A stretch of DNA of 64,000 bases, taken from the human T2T-CHM13v2.0 reference genome, Homo sapiens. Every line of letters begins with the position of its first letter. Positions within the stretch are counted from its first letter, which is position 1. The position numbers were made by a program, and so were the translations under genes. Of this stretch, positions 1 to 11,146 are shown piece by piece. The notes below the pieces were generated by a model. It was not told the origin of the DNA and made no database searches. It saw only the letters and a list, made by a program, of their open reading frames with translations. The stretch lies in NCBI RefSeq assembly GCF_009914755.1, contig NC_060926.1; one strand, written 5' to 3'.

Positions 1-338
1 AAAAATCCAAAAATCTGAAATCTAAAATGCTCCAAGATCTGAAACTTTTTGAGCTCCAACATGAAGCCACAAGTAGAAAATTCCATACCTGACCTCATGT
101 GACAAGTCACAGATAAAATGCAGTCAAAACTTTATTTCATGCACAAAATTATTAAATTATATAAAATTATCTTCAGCTTGTGTATATAAGGCCTATGTGA
201 AGCATACATGAATTTTGTGTTTAGACTTGGGTCCTATTCCCATCTCATTATATATATGCAAATATTCGAAAATCTGAAAAAATCTGAAATCCAAAATACT
301 TCTAGTCCAAGCATTTTGAATAAGGATAGTCAACCTAT
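1..338. mobile_element. Tigger4/MER46-type DNA transposon relic (cut by window edge)
   Basis: Characteristic aaaatctgaaatc...aaatgctcca...tctgaaactttttgag, ending in a TIR-like gcattttgaataaggatagtcaacct-ata. Confidence 0.7.
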
Positions 339-390
339 ATACATACAGTTCTGTTGATAAGTTTGAGTCTTCTGTTTGCAACCTTCTGAG

Positions 391-841
391 CTGTCTTAAG
401 TAGGGGTCCCTGGAAACAGGCTCCAATATGAAGATATGCGTGCAGGCAATTTACTGGAGTGTCTTCTCAGCATTAACCTCTGTTAGGTATGAAGAAGCAG
501 CATGGGGCATAGGGAGAAATTGAACTGCAGTGTAGTTGTAATAGAGGCCTAAGCTAATCACAGAGGGCTTTGAAGCTGGGATGGCTCTTTAAGTAGTCCC
601 CAGGTGAGGCAAAGAGACCTTTTTAGCAAACACACCCCAGGTCCCTTTATGGCCCTGTCCAGTCATTAGAGGTAGACTGCCTCCAGGAGGAGAGTATAAT
701 GTTGGGTGAGGCAGCTCTCTAGCTGTGGCCTTCAGAGGCACTCATCTGAGGGCAGTGAGCCATCAGCACTTGGAATAGCTCAGAGAATGAATGCTGCAGT
801 GCCAAGGGGAATATCTGGAGTTCAGCACCACCTCCACTACA
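391..841 (-). mobile_element. ERVL-type solo LTR (LTR33/LTR16-like)
   Basis: ggtccctggaaacaggctcc...gcgtgcaggcaatttactggagtg motif; ends ...ccactaca (TGTAGTGG on the minus strand). Subfamily and bounds approximate. Confidence 0.45.
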
Positions 842-1034
842 AGAGCTTACAGATAAGAAAAGGGGGACCAACTCGATAACATTAGGGGAGGAGAAAGTCA
901 ACCTTATCATAGTAAGGCCCATGCTAATGTATAGATAAGCCCCTATTCCTTCCATACCATGCGCACATTTGAGTACTTATATCTGGTTCCAAAGTTTATG
1001 CGTCAACCCAATCATGTGGCTATGGAAAAGTCCC

Positions 1035-1220
1035 TTACAATTTGCAGAACAATTCTCATCCATTATTTAATTTGCTCTGCATAGTAAACCTATGAAGTAG
1101 GAAGGGCAGCTATTAGAATCCTAAATTCACAGGTAAGGAAACAAAAACACAAAGAGATTAGTTAACTTATCTAACATCATATGTGGTTAAGGAACAGACA
1201 CTGGAATCCCAGGTTTGTGG
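1035..1220 (-). mobile_element. MIR SINE
   Basis: Diverged core cctatgaagtagg...cacaggtaaggaaac...gttaacttatctaacatcat. Confidence 0.6.
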
Positions 1221-2043
1221 TGTGTGTGCTGATGGTGGAATGTGGTAGAAGGACTGAGACAGGCTGCAGCTTCCCAAAGAAAGTGACTCTTCCACACTGG
1301 GCTCTGCATCATTCCTTAGCAACTGCTTCCTTATGCTTCTTTGGAAATAATTCAAGGAAGTTCCTTTTTTGGAAGCCATGTTTTCCACTAACAACAAAGA
1401 TTAAATTGGGCAAAAGATAGGATGATATCAATTCTCATGATTCATCTCAGGGGGCCTTCCTATTTAGCCTTAAGGGAAGAATCAAGCTGAACGTGTTTAT
1501 AAAGTTCTGTATATTCTCACCTTGTTTGTGCATATGTATTATAATACAGTGAAAGTATACAATTAGAAATAAAAGCCCTCAAAAATGTCAGAAGTTGCCA
1601 TGAAATTTCGAAGCTCCAGACTTTGATCAGTTGCAGAAACTTGGCAGTAATCCTTTCCTGGTGTATCAGAAGCCTACTGATGAGGGTAGTTTCTAATAAA
1701 ACTTATTCGCTTTCATCACTGATAGTCTGCACTGTCTCTCTTTAGGTGGTTGTCTAACAGCAGTCAAGGATATAAAAGCATGTCTTCTAACAGAGAAGTC
1801 TATACTTATATTCTCTAGCAACAGAGGGTGTTCAAAATACGTAGATTTTTTTCTTTTAAATCATAGACTAAATTTTAGAAAACTGAGCGTGTTTGTTGAG
1901 CCCGTTACAATTCTGTTTTCCAAATTGCAGGTGCTCCCTGTAAAACATATAAACTTGATTTAATCATACAATAGAATCTTAGCAAAAGGACCTCAGTGAC
2001 AAAGTAAACAGACTTTTCTTTCTTTCTCATTCGTGGGTACCAG

Positions 2044-2190
2044 GATGAAAGTACACCTGTAAGCAACCATAGGCTTGCTCTAACAATGCTCATCAAAATA
2101 GTGAAGTCTTTGGGATGTGCCTATGGTTGTGGTGAAGGACACCGAGGGCTCTCTGGAGATCGTCTGAGACACCAGGTATTCCGAGAGAAT
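2044..2190 (+). CDS. UNC80: UNC80 internal coding exon A (147 nt, phase 0-0)
   Basis: Acceptor ttctttctcattcgtgggtaccag|; encodes DESTPVSNHRLALTMLIKIVKSLGCAYGCGEGHRGLSGDRLRHQVFREN; donor AAT|gtaaga. Peptide recognised as UNC80 and joins exon B in frame. Confidence 0.95.
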
Positions 2191-5100
2191 GTAAGAGAAT
2201 TAAAGTAGATTCCATTTCCTCTCCCTCTTCCTTCCCTTCTGTTTAAGAATGAGTCCTTTGACAATGAGGGTCAGTGTTCCCTGAAAAATATTGTATTTTG
2301 TAGGAATAATTAATGCTGTTTTGGTGTGAGGAGATTCTCATGAGATATCTCAAGCCATCTAAAACCCAGGCTTAGGAAAGTTTAATTGGGAAAACATTTC
2401 TGCCTCCTGCCTAGGGCAGACCAACTCCCAATTAGTGAAAGTATATATAATTGGAATGTGTGAATTGCAGCTTGAAAGAACTTTTGCACAGATGAATACA
2501 TTTAGCAAGCTTTTGATGGCCTGTAACAAATGACTTTTTAATCATCTGCCTGGGTACTGTAGAAACATATTGCATATTGGAGAAAGGGGTCAAAGTTTTA
2601 GGACCTGGTTTGTTGTCCTGCCTAAGATATGGAAAATGGCCCTTATTGGGACAAAAGAGGACTGTAAAAGTAACCAGTCATTTTCTGGCTGCTTTATTTG
2701 AGAATGAACCTTGCCTTCTGAATATTTGAGATCATGTCCTTGTCAACTGTGTGAAACTTGAAACTCTGCATTTGGGCTTGCCAAACGTAATTCTGTACTG
2801 GAAATGGTCTTCCAGCTCATTTTTATTTGCCTCTGCTGACTGTTAATTTTCTTTTTCAATTTGAACAATAACCTACTTCCACAGTCTGAGCTGGGATGGT
2901 TGCTTCATATGTATGTTTGAATTGAAATCATACGAAAATATTCTCTTAAAAAAAAAGAGTTTGATGCAAAGTTGAGTTCCAGAAATCCTTTGGCATATCT
3001 TGACAGAGTTTTAGGGTCATGTCAAAATCTAATGCCAGCCCATTTTTCCTTGATATTAGGTTTTGTCATGAAATGTTCACACAGTATTAGCATGCTGGGT
3101 TTCTTGCTTAATGCATCATCTCTCATCTATCTATCTATCTATCCTTTTCTGTTTTGCTGTTTTATATTATATTGTGTTGCGTTATTTTAGTTTATTATGT
3201 TTATATGGGGGTTATATTTGCACTATTAGCTTCTAAATTTTGAAACTTGAAACTTTTGACCAAGATCTAGATTTTGAGGCCAAAATTTGAAAATAATAAT
3301 TAATAAGGCTATAGAAAGCTGGCATCTCCCCCATCTTTGCACATGTGTATATGATTTTTTATCTTTGATTTTAAATTGTATTACAGTATGAATAAATGCC
3401 TTCAAAGACAAATAAACCACATCACTCCCCATGCAGAAGACCAATTTCATGACATGAAACACTAAAACATAATAAACAAACATAATAAAAAGCGTCATGC
3501 TTTAGTTGGAAGTATAAACTGGCTCCGATAACCAAGATTTGTCTTTCTGGATTCACAGAAAGCAGGGTGAGTTGGATCGGAAGCCATTTGAGGAGCTGTT
3601 GTTATCACTTAGTTCATCATACTTTCCTCCCCAGGAGCACCGAACACTTCCTATGAGGGCATCCAGCCAGTGTTCTGCCTGTCTAATCAATTTGACTTAT
3701 GGGATAATTCCTCTATTATCTCCTTCTGTTTAATGCTCATTATTGATATTATATTTGCTTATTTAGTTCAGTAAACACATTGTCCAAGAGATATAAATAT
3801 GGGAAATTTTCCTTGAGAAATATCCAGTTCCAGAAGCTAAACATTTTCAGATTTCTCTACCATTGGCCTTTCAGAAACTACTTAAGATACTAAGAATATT
3901 TCTCACCTTTACCAGACAAGGTCCTTTCCCTAGCCTTTTTTCTTCCAAGAAACAGAAGGTTATTCTAACGATATTTGTCAAACTGCCCAGCAATTTCATC
4001 ATTTAATGCCTCAGCGTATCTTAGAGTATTAATCTAATCATTAGCTGGTAGTCTCCAATTATTGAAAAGGAATTCATTTCTTAAAAGTTTTATATCTTTT
4101 GAAGAAATTCAGGATATTCATTCAGAATTTAAGTATTTAAAGTTTGATATTCTTAGGCTTGCTTAAACTTCCCACTGAACTCATACAGATGATACAAACA
4201 TTTTAATATCCTCTAAAGAGAAGATTTGAAATTATGCCTTTTTTGGTGTATTTTATAGAAAACACAGAATAATTTGTACTTCAGGACCTGCCAACTCAGG
4301 GTTTTAAAGAGCTTTATAAATGCTGCAATAAACATCTTCACAAATTCTTTATAGAATGACAATTAAATACTTCTTTATGCAAAATATATTTTACCTAAGT
4401 GCTTTGCAAACTTCATTTTATAGCTAGCAGCATTTATTTTGCAATAAAAATGAGTTTGTTCAATATCTGGAAACTTGTAAACTCCCTGGGAATAAAAATA
4501 CCTAATTTCAAATCTAGGACATAATAAAGGAAAAATGAAAAATGTATCAATCCATCTGACTTTGCAATACAGATGGAGAGATTATAACAAAGTTATACCA
4601 AGAAGCCTATTGCTAATTCCAAGTTTCAGTCTTTTATAATCTTTTTTTTTTCTCTCTCAAAATTTCCAAGAATTTTTTCCTGGGCCTTGATTTGTCAAAA
4701 TGATGATATAACTAAATTTTCTTCTGGGCCACAATTAAGGACACTAATACAATCCCAATTCTCAGGAATTGCCTTCCCTAATCTGACTTCAATGCCTGTG
4801 CCTGGTTGTCCAGAGTTCTTCATCCATAATTAAGGTGGCCCTCACTCAGCCACCCCTTCTTTCTTGATCCTTATCCCTTTTCCCCTCAACCCAGAGACTT
4901 CGGTCATTGTCCCATTTCATTCCACTGTATAGACATTCTTTTGTCTCTTTTATTCAGATATAGTGTGGCATGCATCTTCCCATTGCACACAAAGCCTTTG
5001 AGGTTTTCTAAACATGGATTGTCAATTCTATCACTTATCTAAATTTCAAACTTTTTTTTTCATTAAGATCTTAAAATCTCTATCTTGGTGAAAATACTGA

Positions 5101-5368
5101 ACTCTTTCTGAGACCAGCATTAGACCTTAGCTTTGAGCTTTGGGGTTTTTCCTATGGAGCAGTTGTTCTCAATGTAAACACCCTCAGACTTCTCAGTCTG
5201 TCTGTGCTCACATCTTACTCAGACAAGAGGGGCTAGCAGGGTTGCCTGTCACCAGCGAGTGGGGATGGTTGGAAACCCTTGCCTTCTGAAGGCTTCTGTC
5301 TCAGACTACCAGTATCCATAGCTTAAGCTGGTACTTGTGACTTTTTCACTTTTCTTCCTTCATTGCAG

Positions 5369-5516
5369 GCCCAGAACTGCCTCACTAAGCTATACAAGCT
5401 AGATAAGATGCAGTTCCGACAAACCATGAGGGACTATGTGAACAAGGACTCTCTCAATAATGTAGTGGACTTCTTGCATGCTTTGCTAGGATTTTGTATG
5501 GAGCCGGTCACTGACA
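5369..5516 (+). CDS. UNC80: UNC80 coding exon B (148 nt, phase 0-1)
   Basis: Acceptor ttttcttccttcattgcag|; AQNCLTKLYKLDKMQFRQTMRDYVNKDSLNNVVDFLHALLGFCMEPVTD; donor ACA|gtaagt. Confidence 0.96.
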
Positions 5517-7579
5517 GTAAGTAAAGCTGCACCCAAGTTCTAGGAGAAGTCGTTGTGAGGTGAATCAGGTAGTGTTTCAAGGGGACACTAAATTTGTGGA
5601 GGTAGAATTTAGAGGAAAAGATACGTATGTGTCCATGCATGTGTGTGGGTGTGTGTATAGAGTATAAACAAGAAAAGCTTGCACATTATCTCTGATGACA
5701 CATTTTGGAGGCTTTCTGAGGACAACTTACCACAGTAAATGAAAGTTTGGTAAAGCTTGTGGAGTTCTCACCTAGCCCTTCAATTTTTATACTACCACTT
5801 ATGGGACTCCTCTCTCTCATATAACATTCTGTTATATGACCTCTGAGGCAGTGATCATGTTCATTAGTTCAACGGATGTGAAATGAGTATCTATAACGTA
5901 CAGGCATTATAGTGGCACAGTGCCTGACAATTTTTTCACAAAGTAAAATGGGAGAAAAAACCTTACGATTGCAGTAAACATAGTAGTAACACAATTTTGA
6001 CACACACATACTTAATTTTTTTTAAAAAGGCAAATGGATGCACAGATAAACCTACAAGCTATTTTATAACTTAATGGCTTTCAGAAAACTCTAGTATGAA
6101 GGCCTAAGTTACAGGGGGAGACCAATAAGTGTTAACTGCATTTATAGTAAACCAAAGACTGGCAGTCCAGTGTGAATGCAAATGCAGCAATGCAAGGAAA
6201 ATAATGCATGAAGCCTGAGTTGAATAAAATACACATTTTAATTAGAGTCTGGGAAGGATAGCTTTGTAGTATAGGCTTTTATTGTTTATATAACAAATGT
6301 ATGATCACAGTTGATTAGTTTATAATGAAAATATATTTGCTAGATTTAGAAGCAGTTTTCCTGGTTGTAACCCAGGAATATTGTTTGGTTTCACATTAAA
6401 ATAAAATATTGCTCCTCTATAGAACCCCTCAAACAATCTATTAGCAGAGTTGTTTTAAACCAAACACAATATAAATTAAAAAGACAATAAATTAGGATGG
6501 CAGTTGAGACAATGCTAGAGAAATTCTTGATTGCAAATGATTTTTTTCTCCTTTTTAAACTATTTGAGATAGAAATTATAAGCATAGACTAACAGAAATC
6601 TTTCATCAATGTGAAATCTAGAGATCATCCCCTGTCAATTGGCATAGACAGTGAGAGGTTGGTAATAAAGTATATTACTTTAAGGTGATAAATTCCTCCT
6701 GCGTTGCTTGAGATGTGGGAGTGGATCACAGTGAATCAGCCAGGCAGACATAGGTCCCCATCTGGTGAATATTGGAGCTGCCCATGCCCTTTGTCACATT
6801 TCACAGGTAGTTCACAGGCCATGAGAAATCCTCTGGCACGGGCACAGGATACCTATGAAAGATCCAGTTTTCTGTGAAAAACTGGCATAAAATGCCACGG
6901 AGGTCGAAGGCTTCCATTCACGGGCATTTCACATGTGTGTGAGCAAGAAGGAGGTGGCTCTGAGGAAGAGGGGAGGTTTCCCCTCTCCACCTGCCCAAGA
7001 AATTTCTGGGAGAACTCTGCAGTTCTTGGCAGGACTCTGTCTTTCCCAGGGCCTTTGAGAGCTTCCCTGCAGGGCTCCTGCCTGACTCTTTCTTCTCCCT
7101 TCCCAGCTACCTGGTTGGCCCCACCTTATTCCACTTTAGACAGACTGAACAATTTCCTTTGAGAAAGTAGCATTTCTCACCACCAGAAAGCTTGAAAATG
7201 AATTCTCCATTGAGGGGTTATTTAGGAGCTTTTTTTTTTTCTTTTTTTTTCTGTAAGTGATCACCTATTTAAAAACTACTCTAAGCCTAAAAATCTTTCC
7301 TAAACTTAAGAGTTGGTTTCCTTTCCTTTGCTAAGATTTATCAATAAAACCATTCCGGAAATGCAATTGGTTTTATCACAGTAAAGGCTCTGAAGGAGAC
7401 TATGACTCATTCATTTCCACATCTGCCTAGAGATTATTAAACCTGGGGCATCTTTAATTCCTTGTTTCTGTATTTCACATAGCACTTCACTAATTCCTGG
7501 GTGCCAAGTACTGCCTTACTCCTACCCATTGTGTAGCTTAAAGGAAACATTGTCTTTAATTTGTGCCTTTGCATTCCAG

Positions 7580-7728
7580 ACAAGGCTGGGTTTGGAAATA
7601 ACTTCACCACAGTGGACAACAAATCCACAGCCCAAAATGTGGAAGGCATTATCGTCAGCGCCATGTTTAAATCCCTCATCACACGCTGCGCTTCAACCAC
7701 ACATGAATTGCACAGCCCTGAGAATCTG
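7580..7728 (+). CDS. UNC80: UNC80 coding exon C (149 nt, phase 1-0)
   Basis: Acceptor gcctttgcattccag|; (N)KAGFGNNFTTVDNKSTAQNVEGIIVSAMFKSLITRCASTTHELHSPENL; donor CTG|gtgaga; lies within ORF 7561-7818. Confidence 0.96.
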
Positions 7729-8251
7729 GTGAGAAGCTCTCCTCTCTTCCCACAGGAGCTCTCAGTCTCTGCCCTGAGAAAAGTACTCATTGTCGTGGCC
7801 ATGAGTAAGAGAAGCTGAAATCTAAAAGTCTACACTTTAAAGTTTAAATATCTATTTTCCCCGGTGTCACCAGTAAGTCATAATGGAGCCTTAACAACAC
7901 TTTTCTTCTCCTTGTTACTCATTATCCTATTTGCAAATTCAGCTATCTTCCTCTCCCATCTCAAAGGTTATAGAGTGTTTGGTGAAATAATTGTAAAGTA
8001 TGCTGAGCCCTTCAGAAAGTTTCTAGAGCACAGCTTGTTGGCTCGTAAAATACTAAAGAATGTTATCCCAAGTATTATTTGAAGCCATATTTACTTTAAA
8101 AATTAATGCAAATATGTTGCTGAAATTGGTTTTGTTTTCTTTTATTAAGTACTGTCTGTAATCTTTTAGCTACTTGTCTTGAAAGACTGTTAATTAAACC
8201 ACTGAAGTCACAATAGGATAGGGAAGAACCAGGTTATAAAAGGCTAGTGCT

Positions 8252-8452
8252 AAAGGCATTAAGAATGACACAGTAGACTTTGAGGACTCAGGGGGAGGGT
8301 GGAAAGGAGTTGAGGGATAAAAGACCACAAATCGAGTTCAGTGTATACTGCTTGGGGGATGGGTGCACTAAAATCTCACAAATTACCGCTAACGAACTTA
8401 CTCATGTAACCAAATATCATCTGTTCCCCAAAACCTATAGAAATAAAAAAAT
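8252..8452 (+). mobile_element. 5'-truncated L1PB-like 3' end with perfect 15-bp TSD
   Basis: L1PB 3'UTR motifs (gatgggtgcactaaaatctcacaaattacc...catgtaaccaaa); TAAAAGGCTAGTGCT at 8237-8251 and 8453-8467. Confidence 0.85.
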
Positions 8453-10137
8453 TAAAAGGCTAGTGCTTAATTACCACCAAGAAGATTGTGGTTTTGGATA
8501 CGAAAATGTAGATTAAGGCTGAAAAATCTAACATGAATAGGTGAATTCAGGTATCTTTGGGAGGCAAAGAAGCATTTCTCTATCCTACCAGTCTGTTAGA
8601 TATTATGACTCCTATGCGGAAATCATTCCATTTGCACATGTGGACCCTATCAGCTAATGTACTCAAATCAAGGAAATTATTTTAAGCTATTATAACTATT
8701 GAAACAATTCACTTAACTTGAGATAAAATCCCAAACTAAAGGAGTTGAACTTTGCTGACAGCCAAAGCCAACCCAGCAATTTTCTTGGAGCTTGAGTGTA
8801 GCACAGGTACCATCCATGCATACAATTTGGTCATAGCAAAAGTAATTTAACAGGTTGGTTATAATATACACGACTGCTTATACATCTTTTTTTACAAACT
8901 CATGTATAGAAAAATACTATATTAAAAAAGAAATCTTGAGTTTGACTTTGAACTCCCATCCCATAAGAACAGTGGGACATCAAACTTCTGTCATTTTTGG
9001 GGTTCCCCACTTCACAGTGTTGTGTAAAGACCCCCAAGTCTTAGGAAGCATCTAGAGCCTGGGGAGGTTCCACAGGTCTCAATGATTAGCCTACACCTCT
9101 GATTTCACATAGTACTCTTTGCTGTGTGCTTAGGGCTGGGCACTCTCTGGTGAGTTTGGAATCTTTCCTTTTTGGAGTCTTGCCCCATTCCTAGAGGAAC
9201 TACTGCAGAGCAGAGTGAGGGGCACAGCGCCCTGCTTCCCACAGAACCCAAAGCGTTCTCCATCCGTGTTTTCTCCAAGGGTCCTACCTTCTACTTTCCT
9301 AAAAATTATGGACATAATTGTCCCAGTGGTCTCAGGTTTTGAAAACCAAAACTATGAAGGTAAGTGTTCTTTAGGCTTCTGCATTCTGCCTTGCCATGAA
9401 CTTTTCCTAAGGCAAAAAAAAAAAAAAAAAAATACAGTAACTACCTTCTTCATGAGCAGAGAGAGAGGGGAAATGCTGGATCCAAAGCTTAATTTCTCAA
9501 GTAAAAGTCCAGCATATATTTTTAAATATTGATTCACCAATATATTGGTTTTAATAGCCCTACGTCACCTTCAGTTTGTAGTCGAGTTCATGTTCAAATG
9601 GGCTACAACATATATGTACTTTGCTAAATCTGTCCAGCAAAACACATCATCCTTTGAATAATCTGTCTTTGGTAGAAGTGTCTGGAGGACTTAACATATT
9701 TTGTCATAATGTTGCAGAAAATTTGGAGAAGCTGAACAGGGACCAAAATCTCTAATGTAAACAAATTTTTGACTACCTTTTTCTTTGCAGGCATCTCTTC
9801 AGAAGTTACAATTAAAAGAGAAAATTAAAGCTTGGGCATCCAATGGTTTAAAATGTAAATTAATGTCTTTCTAATGATGCAGCCAACTTTCTGAATGAAG
9901 CACGATAACCATCCTTTTTTATACCAAGGATGACCAGCAAAGGCCTTGGTAATGTTCTTCTATAGGAACATTGTAGAGGGAGTATACCACCAGTTTCATC
10001 AATAGTAAACTGTCCTGTCTTAATGATTCCAATGCTCATCTAAGCCTAAGGAATTACTTTCTTCCTCTCTACCTGGAAAAACTATTTAATCACACAGCTA
10101 TCTTTCTTTCTCCAACTTCCTTCTTGCCTCCAAACAG

Positions 10138-10304
10138 GGACTGTATTGTGACATTCGTCAGCTGGTCCAGTTTATCAAAGAGGCTCATGGGAATGTCTTC
10201 AGGAGAGTGGCCCTCAGCGCTCTGCTTGACAGTGCCGAGAAGTTAGCACCAGGGAAAAAGGTGGAGGAGAATGAACAGGAATCTAAGCCTGCAGGCAGTA
10301 AAAG
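10138..10304 (+). CDS. UNC80: UNC80 coding exon D (167 nt, phase 0-2)
   Basis: Acceptor cttcttgcctccaaacag|; GLYCDIRQLVQFIKEAHGNVFRRVALSALLDSAEKLAPGKKVEENEQESKPAGSK(R); donor AAG|gttgga. Confidence 0.95.
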
Positions 10305-11047
10305 GTTGGAAGCTTGAACTCTCTGAATATTACTGTTTGCCTTAAGTCAGTAGAATAAAATCTGTTGTACTGTTTGTGTGGTTCCTGTGCTGAAATGTCA
10401 GCATAGGAATGGTAAAATTATCTTGCGTAAGTGGTTTCACTGGTGTGGTGTAGCTGCAGCTTAGAAAATGAATGAATTTACTGTCAAATAAATGCTGCCT
10501 CTAATATGAATTAGAGCTCAGTTGTTCTTAAATTTTCTTGTACTTGAACTACACGTCATAGCTCTTAATTAAATGGTAAAACGCTACCTGTTTTAGTCTC
10601 TTCTGTACATAATTTACACTTTTATTCAGAAAGGCAAAGCAATTACTGATGCCATATGATCCTGTTCAGTAAATTCTACTCTAAATGTGGTAAAAGACAA
10701 ATGATTAAGTAATAGCCTGTTGTTTTTCCTTCTAGTAAACATATATTTATTTTATGCCTATTGTATATTAAATGCCACTTAAAAATTAAAATAAACTCCT
10801 AAACTTAAAATCCTGCTTGCAGTTAATGACTCTGTTTGCAATAATGGTGATATTGTGAAGCAAAAAGGCTGCTAAGTCATGAGTTAATGGTGCGGTATAA
10901 ATTCTAAACAACATAGACTCCTGGTGACATAAAGTTCACAAGCTGCAAAGTTGTCTACAACAGAGTGTTTTGTTTTATGAAGTGTATGAAGTATTAAGAC
11001 TTGCTATCCTGCTCTGCTGTAATTGTTGGAATGCACCATTTGCATAG

Positions 11048-11146
11048 GTCAGAGGCGGGAAGCATTGTGGATAAAGGCCAGGTATCCTCTGCACCTGAGG
11101 AATGTCGCAGCTTCATGTCTGGTCGCCCCTCACAGACTCCAGAGCA
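11048..11146 (+). CDS. UNC80: UNC80 coding exon E (99 nt, symmetric phase 2-2)
   Basis: Acceptor gcaccatttgcatag|; SEAGSIVDKGQVSSAPEECRSFMSGRPSQTPE(H); donor GCA|gtaagt; keeps frame between D and F. Confidence 0.93.

Noticed and set aside
821-837. TTCAGCACCA resembling a REST/RE1 site in a neuronal gene
   Set aside because: Only the left half-site matches (no GGACAG) and it lies at the end of an LTR relic.
7437-7802. 121-aa minus-strand ORF
   Set aside because: Antisense shadow of exon C with no independent gene signals.
11079-11087. Internal CAG|gtatcc donor in exon E
   Set aside because: Weak, and would yield a 34-nt frameshifting exon; nothing else supports it.
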